The notes beneath the pieces were generated by a model that saw only the letters and a list, made by a program, of their open reading frames with translations, was not told where the DNA came from and made no database searches. A program made the position numbers and the translations under genes. Positions 12,131 through 23,463 of a stretch of DNA of 64,000 nt are shown one piece after another (the first letter of the stretch is position 1; each line of letters begins with the position of its first letter). The stretch covers positions 22,382,001-22,446,000 of the forward strand of contig CM069163.1 of the NCBI GenBank assembly GCA_035221665.1, written 5' to 3'. This stretch comes from Okamejei kenojei (lineage: Eukaryota).

Positions 12131-12829
12131 AATCTGACATTTCATGTTTATTCTTTGTTTTTCTCTATGGATAGCAGCTGACCTACTGATTACTTCCAGC
12201 ACTTTCTGTTTCATTCCTTTGATATGCAATTTTGTAAAATAACGTGCTATGGTGGGGGTGTTGAACTTCAGATTCATCCTTCAAAATGGCCTGGTTCCTT
12301 TTAATGTAACTTATCCAAAATTGAGGTTTAGTAACAGAAGCTCTCGGTTTGACCTAGAATGGAGACCTGAAAAGGAAGGGGAAGACCAAGTAGACCAACA
12401 GGTAAACAGAGGTCTTGGAAAGTAGAGAAAAACTCTGAGGGTGTTTTAGGCAATTTATCTATGACTTGCTCGATGACATTCCAGGTTTCATTTGGTGAAT
12501 CCTTTTCACTGGGTCTGGGGATTTGCATTCAAGTTTTCTCCAATGTAAAATTGGTCACTGAAAAGGATCAATTCGTTTTCATCCTTTTTATTTTGCTTAC
12601 CACTTTAAAATGATTGAAGTGCCTCACCTTCACATCCTGCCTTTTTATGAATCATATGGAATCTGAATTGCATTTACTGTTAGGTCATTGCAAAGTATTT
12701 TGGGAAATATATCGTCTCATGTGCAACAAAGTAAATCAGGATGACACTGGGGCTTTGAAAGTTAAATTGAGGGTAAGTTTTGTAGTGTTGCATCACAATG
12801 TGAGACTGACCATTCTATAAAGTTTGGAG

Positions 12830-13110
12830 GCTGGTAGAAATGCTGCCCTTGGTGCGCATTACTCTAGGTTCAACTGACCTCTGATGCTCCCTTAAAGGAA
12901 TTTGCATGTTCTTTCTGTGAATGAATGGTTTTCCTTCCACATTATTCATCTTATTTGGGCACTGTAAAATACTGTAAATTGTATCTCCTGCAGGGAGAGT
13001 TCATGGAAATGTGGGAACAATTAAGTGGCTAGTGTGAGATTAGTGTAAATGGGTGCTTGATGGTCAGTATAGACTTGATAGGCTGAAGGGCCTATTTCCA
13101 TGTTGAATGC
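12830..13110 (+). mobile_element. HE1-like tRNA-derived SINE, degraded
   Basis: ggaatttgcatgttctttctgtga core and ggctgaagggcctatttccatg CR1-type tail. Confidence 0.6.
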
Positions 13111-15179
13111 TCTATGCATTTTTTTAAGAATCATATGTGGTTAATGAGGAACCTGATATGGTAGATGAAGAAGAGAACCCGGGGTCATGGTCTCATGATA
13201 AAGGGTCAGTATTCTTGATTAAAATTACTCTACTCAGATGGTTATGAATTTTTGTAATTATTTATCCCAGAAGATGGTGGATACTAAGTCAGAGAATGTG
13301 TAAAACTGTGATAGATAGATTATTCAATGCAACAAAAAAACATCAGGAGATGGGAATCAGGGACTGAAAGTGCAACTGAAGTAGGAGATCAACCTTAATC
13401 ATTTAGTGCAGCAAGCTCAATGGACAGAATACCTTGGCATTCTTCCATTTCTTACATTACATTTATTTTATCGTGTTAGGCATAGTGCAAAAAAAGAGGG
13501 TTGGTCTGATCAATGCTGTAAGAATTGATGGGCTAGATACAGGGAAATTATTTTATGTAAGTCAATTCAAAGTCAAGTCAAGTATGAGGAGACACAGCAA
13601 GGACATTTGGGAAGAAACCATGAAGCAACTCTCACATAAGGCTTAAAGATATCTGAAATTATGAAGTAATAGGATGACAGAGGTCAAGTGAAACCATCAG
13701 TATTTGATGGGTAAAAGAAAAGAGAGACATGAAGTAAAGGTAGATAAATTGTCGAGGCACTGAGCACCGTAAACTAATCAAATACACAGAAGGTTAGATA
13801 GGTCAAATTACCTATCAGGAGCTTCTATCTCAAATGCTCCTGAATGTAATGCAAAAAAAAAAAAGAAAATGCCAGTAACTGGTGCATATAAAAGGAGTGA
13901 GATGTAATCAGTTACCAGATGGACAGATAACATTATGAATTGAGCAAACTGCAAGCCTTCATATCCATCTAAACAACAAAAAGGGCCACACTATGGCATT
14001 CTTCAGGAGATGCTGATGAAATACTCTGTATAATTCTAACTGGGCTTGAATACAACAGAAAACACACAGGTTTTCATATTGACTTCAAGCAGAGACTATT
14101 TACTCAGCTCGCAATTACAAATCATTAAAAACTGGGACAATTGCACATTTTCCATTAAAGCATTCAGCTCAATATTTATATGATTGTGAGCACTTTTATT
14201 CTGATATTTCGTATTCATTGATTATTACATTGTGGTTTTTTAAAGGACCCATTGAAGTTCAATATCAATATGAAGTTTCAGAATAACGTTAACAATGATC
14301 GACAGGTAACATTTGCTTTTAAGCAAAGGTTGAGCGAAGGAATCTGCTTATGACCTCTTTGTATTTTGCAAATTTCCACAACAGTTGATAACGCAAGCCT
14401 TTATCAATAGAAGCTTTAAAACCCATGACCCATACCATCTAGAGGTCGAGGGATCCAAATGCATGAGGATGTCCTCACCTTCCAGTTCCTGAGGTCATAT
14501 ATCATCTCTTTGAACTATATATCTGTTCCTTTAAGAAGGTTTAATAGCCTTTAATTCTCCATGAACAGTGCAAGTGATGTCAGCATGGTTGAGTAATCCA
14601 AAGGGATGGCTGCATAACATTAAATTAGTCAATCAATGAAGGAGCCGCAAGATTTCCACTTGAACTGGCCAAAGTCATTTAGGATAAAACTTATAAAGTC
14701 ATTCATGCAAATAGTTTTGTGGGGAACAGATGCTAAAGGAAAAATTTCTTTCAAAACAATGAAAAATCACCTCTGGGTTTCTTACAACTGGATTCTACTC
14801 CTCCATGGAATTGCATGGGGAGAATTTATGATAAAGCTAATGCTTTTTAATGGTTCAGAATCCCTATGTATTTAAGTGCGAGAATAAATTTCAGCCACCA
14901 ATAATTACTTCAGTGCTTATGGATTATTTTCAGATTTGTTTTGTAAACAAAATAGAATGCTACTTTGAATCAAAGTACTTGGCAGTTAACATTCTATTGA
15001 TCCTTGATATCTCCGAGCCATTCTGAAAGCCTTCATGCTGCATTTTCCAATGTAGATTTGCTCTCTCTGCCTCTAAAAGCCGTATCATTCCTCCAGCCCC
15101 CAGACCAAGGTGTCAAAGTGTTTTTTGAAGTTACACTCAACCTAATTGAGATGCTTTGGACTGTGTCTGGCACAGATGC

Positions 15180-15214
15180 TTCTGGCACTGCATAATAATA
15201 ATGCAGTGCCAGAA
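15180..15214. repeat. 14-bp perfect inverted repeat
   Basis: ttctggcactgcat-aataata-atgcagtgccagaa. Confidence 0.85.
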
Positions 15215-15430
15215 GGGTAATGCCAGAGCAAAATTATTAAAAATATAAATGGAGTCTCTGGATTAAATAAAACTGCCACCATCAATCCATGTTGGAAAGG
15301 TTAATAGCAAAAGCCAGTGAATGATTTGAGGTTTTTTAGAAATGCAATATGAGATAGAAAAAGATAAGAGGGTTTGAACATTGTATTGGAGAAGACAGTT
15401 TTGGCGATCTCCAGACAATAGTCGTGAAAG

Positions 15431-15558
15431 TTTTAAAGAAGGAACTGCAGATGCTGGAGAATCGAGGGTACACAAAAGGCTGGAGAAACTCAGCGGGTGC
15501 AGCAGCATCTAAGGAGCGAAGGAGATAGGCGACGTTTCGGGTCGAGACCCTTCTTCAG
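15431..15558 (-). mobile_element. Short Penelope-derived insertion with 14-bp TSD and intact hammerhead core
   Basis: TSD aatagtcgtgaaag at 15417-15430 and 15559-15572; minus strand begins CTGAAGAAGGGTCTCGACCCGAAACGTCGCC. Confidence 0.85.
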
Positions 15559-18500
15559 AATAGTCGTGAAAGAACTGCTCGGGTCTTTTGCTCGAGAAAG
15601 AGCTGAAGGAACTCAAGTGCCAAAGAGGTAGAGAGAGCACCAAAGCCACATCAGAGAGTGATGTGCCTTAAACGAGGGTGGTCAGAGGCTTTTCATTTTA
15701 CTGAGGATCCATTTATAGAACATAATTTTGAAATCAACATAAAACTTGAGGATGTGCTGGCTCCATGCAGGGAAGTTTACAAAGACAGACACAATAAAGT
15801 CAAATAACTGTGTATCAATTTTTTATATGCACTCACCTCTGCTACCTCTAAACCATAACCACTCCCTCCAGTACCCCAGAAGAAACCCTCACAATTCATA
15901 CATCAATAACAAAACAGCGTAATCATTGTTACAAATTCATCAACATGAGTAACAAGTTGGTAACAAGTTTAAATTTGATTTACAATTTCTGCTTGTACTT
16001 CTTGAAATGAGCCACTGTGTTAAATGGAGGCCCATCTGTGTTTTAAAGAACACATGAGCTTATTCAAGTAAATTATATATTCAGAAAGAGCAGCAACTGC
16101 ACTAAATGCAAGAATGCCAACTCATGATGAAGACAATCAATTGATTCAGCACTCAACTCACAATCTGCACTTCAGAATGGGAGGAGAGGGTAGAAAAATA
16201 TTGCAGGTAATCTGGAAATCTTCAGTGAGCATGCACTTCCTAACAGCTTCTGCTGGTCTTCATCCCATTCTTCATCAGGGAAAATGTATTCATTTCACAG
16301 AATTCTCCGTGGCCACGGTGCTCGTCTGTCATAACTTGGAAAAATTAGAAATTTTGTTCAGTGATGTTGGGGAAAGGAAAGAAATTGTCTCTGGGCACTC
16401 GAGAGACTGCTTTTGCTCTTCTTTGAAAGAGTGGCAATGGAATATTTTATTTCCATCCATTCCATTAGACTGTGACTGATCTGTACATCAGCAAATCAGC
16501 AGGGGAAATTATTTTTGCTGCAGCATTTCTGATAGACACTTTCATCACTTTAACAACGGATCAGATTACCCCTCAAAACATTAATGCCCAATATAATATA
16601 ATGCAAACTTATGCAACCGTTCCTCACAGATTAAGCTGCCAACTTCAATAAGCAAATTTTCTGTAGTACGTCAAATCGTGAATGCATCATCTGGCGCAAT
16701 TGCTCATATTAATCAATACAGGCTGTTATTCCATTAAAGTATAAAATTTACATCACAGATATGGCATGCCCAAAGTTAGACTGCTGATTGCCTGATTCCC
16801 AGGCCTGCTTGCTTGCGGAGTGTCCAAAAATAATGCTTTCATCTCAGGTACGTGTCTACAATACAGAAAATTCAAGCTAACATTCTCATCACAAGTCATA
16901 TTATTCCAATTAATTTACATTAACACACCACTTATCAATTATATACAACCCTTGAGCAAACAGTTTATAGGATTTTAAACACAGATCAACTGCGTTAAAA
17001 CTTCTTAAACTGTGGCCCTTCCCTATAGAGTAGCTGCACTCATTTTGGGTTCAACTCTCAGGATACAGCCCCGGACCCAAGGTTATACCACTCAATCATA
17101 GACAACATCTTGACCAGCTTGCTATGGACAGATCAGTGGCCATTTCACTAAGCTGAGCATCAGCTGATATCTGCCTCAATGTGTAACCTTGGACACAGCC
17201 CAAAGAAAAACCTCTGATTTATAGTTGGGATGAGCTTGACAACTAATATCTCTTCCCAAATCTTTCTGGAGGTAAATGAATGATGAGTTAATGATTTATT
17301 TATGAACAAACGTGTTATTTTGCATAATATGCACTAGAAGATAGTGGAGGTGCTGCCCAGTCCAACTAAAAAAAATGTATGTGGAAATAAAAACATGCAC
17401 ATCCTTTCTATACCAGATGGAATCTACACCAGCAGTAGATGTATCCTGATGCATAGGGTTCATGCATAGCTTGATTAATCCACACATAAAAGTATTCATC
17501 AAAATGAGAGCCTGGCTGAGATCGTTTGGCCTTTTGTCTGTATCATGATGGATATTGAGCTCCAGCTAAATTGGAAAAAGCTCCTCCAGGTGTTTGCTAC
17601 AGTGCAGTTACAACAACTAGACCACAAGTACAACACCACTAAGAGCAGCTTTCACCCAATAAGAATACTCCCACAATCAAGATTGATTGCTGTTGAATAG
17701 AATGGGAAATCCTCAATCTGAGAGCTTTGTAACTGTTATTAATGATTTGAATTAAATGCCAAAAATTTGCTTAAATGGGCATAAGGGATTTGAGCTCTTA
17801 TCATCTCGATTATTCGTCCTGAGAAACATAACCGCTTAATTTCATGCATAATTGTTCCAGATCCAAATACTTTATTTAAGAAATACATCAGCACAGCCAG
17901 CTGGTGGTGCTGCATCCTTATAAATCACCTCCAGTATCATTCCAAATTAAACTGAAATAAGGACATCCAAACATGTTGAACTAAAGACCTTGGACATAAA
18001 AAACATAATTTTGGGACAGCATACACATGATTCTACAAAAGACATCAGATTGAAAGTCCTACTCAGGCCCCTGCTAAAATTGTCCAATTCAAATGTTAAA
18101 ACAGTGAAGAAAGGAAATTAAGGCTACAGTTTGAAATCCACAAATTGTTCTGACGTCCTTCTTATTGATTTGAATTCAGATATCAGTTGTCATAGGAACG
18201 GAAAAAAAAGCATTTTCTTGGTATCAATACACTTTGTTAAGTACTGTTATGTGGAAAATATAAAACAATTTCCACAAAGTAAACCTGCACAAATAACAAT
18301 GGAATAATGGCTTGATCGCCCACGTTAATTATCGGCAGCATTAATATTGACTAGAACATTGGGGTGATTGCTCCTGGCTCTTTTTAGAAGTGCATTATGA
18401 TCTTAACCTGGGAGTCAAGGGGCAAACAAAGTCTTGGTTTAATGTGTCATGCAAAGAAAAGACTCCTTTACTAAATGTAACATTTTTCTCAGTGGCAAAA

Positions 18501-18915
18501 TGAATTTTCAGCAGAGGTCTCCAGAGTGGACTTTTCTGACTCACAGACTAAGGCTGCAGTTGTTACAATTAAAAATAACAATGTACATTGTTGGTTTGAG
18601 GCAGATACATTTTCAAAAAACAAATGTAGGGTCACGAGATGAATCAAATACATTGATGTTGGGCATGGAATGAGTTACCATATCTCAACATTGTTTTTCT
18701 TGGACATGAATCAGCAAATGGAATCTCATGACGACACTCCAATAGAAATAATTTAAATCTTGTATTCAAGTGTAGATGCAGTGAAATATTTTCACCCGCA
18801 GATCTCCTCCAAAAATCGGAGTAAGAAATACAAGGTACGACAAAAAAACAAAACATTGTTAATATATAAGATAATGGAATAATAGTATCAGGGAGCATGG
18901 CGACTCTTTATTGTT

Positions 18916-19142
18916 TAAGGAGGAACCGCAGATGCTGGAAAATCAAAGGTACACAAAAATGCTGGAGAAACTCAGCGGGTGCAGCAGCATCTATGGAGCG
19001 AAGGAAATAGGCAACGTTTCGGGCCGAAACAAAGAAGGGTTTTGGGCCGAAACAAAGAAGGGTTTCGGCCCGAAACGTTGCCCATTTCCTTCGCTCCAAA
19101 GATGCTGCTGCACCCGCTGAGTTTCTCCAGCATTTTTGTGTA
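18916..19142. mobile_element. Palindromic (fold-back) Penelope terminal-repeat structure
   Basis: 81-bp inverted arms 18950-19030 and 19062-19142 with 2 mismatches; centre has a duplicated gggccgaaacaaagaagggttt unit. Confidence 0.85.
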
Positions 19143-19229
19143 TGGCAACTCTTTACATATTCTTCTCAGAAAAGGATCTACTACTATCAGATACAATGCC
19201 TCTACTCTTCTAAATCCCTTTTCCACCTT

Positions 19230-19525
19230 TAAGTTTAGTTTAGTTTAGACATACAATGTGGAAACAGGCCCAACGACCCACGAAGTCTGCACCGACCAAT
19301 GATCCCCGCACATGAACACTATCTCACACACTAGGGATAATTTTACATTGATACAAAGCCTTTTAATCTACAAACCTGTACGTCTTTGGGGTGTGGGAGG
19401 AAGCCGAAGGTCTCGGAGAAAAACCCACGCAGGACACGGGGAGAACGTACAAACTCCATACAGACAGCATCCGTAGTCAGATCGAACCCGGCAGCAAATC
19501 CCCGCTGTGCCACCATGCCGCCCAC
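19230..19525 (-). mobile_element. HE1-like tRNA-derived SINE
   Basis: Minus strand: ggcggcatggtggcacagcgg (A-box-like), gggttcgatc (B-box), tggagtttgtacgttctccccgtg core, CR1-type tail and (taaac)n end. Confidence 0.85.
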
Positions 19526-20699
19526 AAGTAGGTATAAAACTATATTTTTGCACTCTGTATCTTCCCCTTTGCTCTATCTATTGCACCTAAGTTTGAATTG
19601 GTGGTACATCTGATCTGTATGGATAGCATGTGTGACAAGGCTGTAATACTGTACCCCAGTACATGACAATAATAAACCTCAACTGAAACCTAGGGATTTC
19701 AAGAGAAACATCTTCACTCAGAACACAGTAAGAATATAAAGAATGAATATATTTTTGGGGAAAAGCATAACATGCTGGCGGAACTCAGTGGGCCAGGCAG
19801 CATCCTAGGTACTCTCTCCTACAATTGCAGGAGAGAGTACCTGGGAAGGACGTGGGGGTTGACTGGGAAGGGAGGAGTGAACCAAGGAGTTGCAGAAGTT
19901 TCTGCAGAAATAGACAGTCAATGTTATGGTTGAGAACTTTCATCTCCACTGCTGATACAGATGAGATAGAGGAAAAATGTCCCTGATGGTAGGGAATCCA
20001 GAACCAGATGTCACAGCCTATAGATATGGGGTTTGCTATTTGAATAAGGAAAAATACCTTCATCCAGGGCATGGTGAACCTGTGGAATTGTCCACCACAG
20101 AGAGCACTACACACAAAGGCATTAAATATATTCAAGAAGTGGGTATATTTCTTGAAGCTGAAGGGACCGAGGAATATAGCTCAAACAGAGTACTGATGTG
20201 GAAGATCAGATATGGTCACATTGAATAGTGCTGCATGTCCAAAGGGCTAAAAGGAGTAATCCTGCTATTTTCTACATTTCTGTGGCTACTGTTAACCCAC
20301 CCAAGTATTGTAAAGATATGAACAGGACTGGTCCCAGCATCAATACACAAGCCATTCATCCATCCCCAAAGTACTATACAAATTTTTGAGTAAAACAATT
20401 TGTCATTCATGTTGACTCTTCGTGTTTGTATTATTATTTTCTCTAGGCCCTGTTATTAACTCTGTGACGATGGAAAACCATGCAAAGTCTGCTTGAAAAA
20501 GCCCCAGGCCAAATCCCAACAGGATTCAGACCATTTCTTCCAGGCAATTCAATCCCACGGTTCAAAAAGCTGTGATTGATGTGGAAAGAGCAGAGGAAGC
20601 CAACTCCAGTGGAGTTCTTCTCTTGATAAAATATTCAGAATAAAATTGCGTCATTTCCAGCAGGCTCTTTCATCAGAGAGAAGAGTGTAATACTTGAGG

Positions 20700-21850
20700 G
20701 AAGCCCACAATGCATGCATTTATTAGATTAGTTCATCCTCTGATTGAGAGATTGTAAGAATGTCTGTGTCATCTGCACCATGCCATGTTCTATTAATGCT
20801 GGATTAACAAGTGCCTAATCCATACTATAATTTGTATCAATTTGGCAACAAAATAATAAAATACGGCAGCAAGAAAATCCACATTGAAGGTCTGAAAGAC
20901 CCAATAAATAATATCTCACAGACAAGTTGACAGTTCTCATCAAACAAGAACCACACAGTGCTGGATCCGCTATGAAATCCACCGTAGCTGGCAATAGTGA
21001 AGAGACTCTTTGTTTCACTAATAGAAGACACCAGAACTATTTTGATAAAATGGCCAGGAGATCCAGTAGCTAACTATCCATAATGCAAGGTAATCTTGAA
21101 TTAGAAACTCAATACCTCAAGGGGAGGAACACAGCTCTCCACATTTATGAAGGTTGAAATCCAACTGACCAACATGTGAGCCAATTACAATGGTGGGGGT
21201 TGGGAAAGAAGCACAGGAAATACTGCATCTGTCTAATAGCCACAACAAGATTGATTCTTCAGTGCTGTCAACTCCATCAATGGCCCAACACCCAAGGATC
21301 TGCTTCCAGAGTGTCGGAAACATAGGACAGCTCATTAAAAAGACAGACAGCCTGTTGAAAGGAGGGTTTGAATAACCCTGAACCAAGCCTCTGTCTGACC
21401 TGATTATCTTCATATGCCACCTGGTCTCATATTGTTGTAACTCCAGATCAACAAGCAATCGACGAGATGGTTTTGCTTTTGAAATTCTAAAACTTGAGAA
21501 AGAGAAACTTCTGCCATGAATTTTAAGTCTTGCCTCTTTCATCTGGCGAGAGAACAATGTTCCAGGGAAACTCAGAAGTTTTAATTGCAATCAGCAAGGA
21601 GAAAAGTTTAATTGCAGCAATTAGAGGGGCCTCTCTGCTGTATGCCATAGGTAAAACCATCACAGAATTCCTGTCAAATACCTCCTCCCAGTTCACCAAA
21701 TAACATAGCTAATCCAATCCACCAATAATTGCAATGACAACTCCAAGGAAAATGCCAGAAGTACCATTGATTATTAAAGATTGACACCTTTGGTTTTACA
21801 AAAGTCTTCAACTCTGAAGTGATCAGGATTATGCAGTGAAACGAAATCAT
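20700..21850 (+). mobile_element. Degraded RTE-clade LINE (RT region)
   Basis: Fragmentary peptides RRHQNYFDK..QEIQ, EILKLEKEKLL, FIWRENNVPGKLR, KGEKFNCSN*RGASLL..IGK, QLQGKCQ, resembling RTE ORF motifs. Confidence 0.65.
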
Positions 21851-23006
21851 CTTTGATCCTGAAGGACTATATAAGAATAATAATTGAGTCCACTATTTTT
21901 CCAGCAAGAGGTTAGGTTGATTACCAGAGGCATTCTGCCTCTTTTCCATTTTCTCCTGAAAAGTGAAGTTGCATTTACATTATTCCATCCCACTGGGACC
22001 TTTTTGGAACCAGGGAAACTAGAATGATTGTGTGCAATCTGTCCATGATTTTTGACCCATGTCTTTTGAGCTCCCATGAAGCAAATTGAGATTAGAAATC
22101 TCGACAGCCTTTAATGACATTAGTTGACTGGTATAATTTTAGTAATGAATGTGCCTTGTTAACTTTCCCCCCAGATTTTCCACCATATTCAGTATGCCTT
22201 CAGTGTTCCCTACTCTATAAACGGACAGCAACTCAAATTCAAAGTCTATGTCATTTTCTTTTTCAATTAGAAACTCCCCCATTTTCATTCCCCAAACTAC
22301 CTTCGTACTTTTATATGCTTACAAAAGCTCTCATATTTGCTTTTATGTTCTGGTTTAGCTTCCTCTCGTAACATATTTTCTCCCACTTTACAGTTTCTCA
22401 ACATTTGGCACTTGTTATCCATAATTAAATCCAATTCAGTCAAGATGGAACAAGCACTGCTATAATTAGGTTTGAAAAATTCTCAGCATATAAACAAAAA
22501 TAGTTGGCCCCTTGAACTAATCAATATCATGGCTGATCTTGTACCTTTTCCACATCGTAACACAAATCATCAAATTTTTACCAATCCAAAAACATATGAA
22601 ATTCAATAATGCATGTCTTCAACAATTGGATAAGAAATGCCAATGATTTCCAATTCTCTGATTGCAATTATTCCTTAAAATGGCCAGCCTCTTACCCTAA
22701 TGTTGAGAGTTCCTTGTTAAAGAAAATGGTCTCTCTGCCCAGTCATGCTCTTTCTGGGAGGAAGCAAAATAGACAAAGAGTGAATGAAGCACCAGAAGAT
22801 GTCATCAAAGTGTTGTGGTGCAAGACAACGCAGATTACCACAAAAACCACATTTTCATAATTGGTCCGTCAAAACAAAACAGAAGTGATAATCTATTGAG
22901 ACTAATTGCTGATCTGATTCAAATCTTGAGCATATTACCAAATAAATAAAAAGGAATGCTACTTATACACAAGAGCAGAAGGGTTAAAACCTGAGCCAGA
23001 CATTGG

Positions 23007-23116
23007 TCTCACTCCGACAATGGAGGAGGCCCAGGACAGAAAGGTCAGTGTGGGAATGGGTGGGGGAGTTAAAGCGTTTAGCAGTCGGGAGATCAGGTAG
23101 GTCTAGACGGACTGAG
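23007..23116 (-). mobile_element. Penelope GIY-YIG fragment
   Basis: Closely similar to 8340-8440 (HSHTDLSVLGLLHC). Confidence 0.75.
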
Positions 23117-23463
23117 CTATAGGGAGAGGTTGAGTAGGCTGGGACTCTATTCCTTGGAGCGCAGGAGGATGAGGGGCAATCTTATAGTGTATAAAATCAT
23201 GAGGGGAATAGATCGGATAGATGCACACAGTCTCTTGCCCAGAGTAGGTGAATCGAAGACCAGAGGACATAGGTTTAGGGTGAAGGGGAAAAGATTTAAT
23301 ATAAATTTGAGAGGTAGCTTTTTTCACACAAAGGGTGGTGGGTGTATGGAACAAGCTGCCAGAGGAGGTTGTTAAGGCAAGGACTATCCCAACAGTTAAG
23401 AAACATTTAGACACATACATGGATAGGACAGGTTTGGAGGGATATGGACCAAATGCAGGCAGG
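23114..23463 (+). mobile_element. CR1 LINE 3' fragment, left part (resumes at 25834-25911)
   Basis: LSRLGLYSLERRRMRGNL...TRGHRFRVKGKRF and VWNKLPEEVV...LEGYGPNAGR. Confidence 0.9.

Noticed and set aside
19021-19076. Short direct repeats resembling a CRISPR array
   Set aside because: Eukaryotic context, no unique spacers; tandem duplication within a Penelope fold-back.
18908-19248. Overlapping ORFs on both strands sharing YTKMLEKLSGCSSI
   Set aside because: Artefact of the palindromic repeat, not genes.
21117-21590. 157-aa minus-strand ORF containing GRSFSFSSFR, considered as QRFP
   Set aside because: No FRF-G amidation motif or signal peptide; it is the antisense of a decayed RTE LINE.
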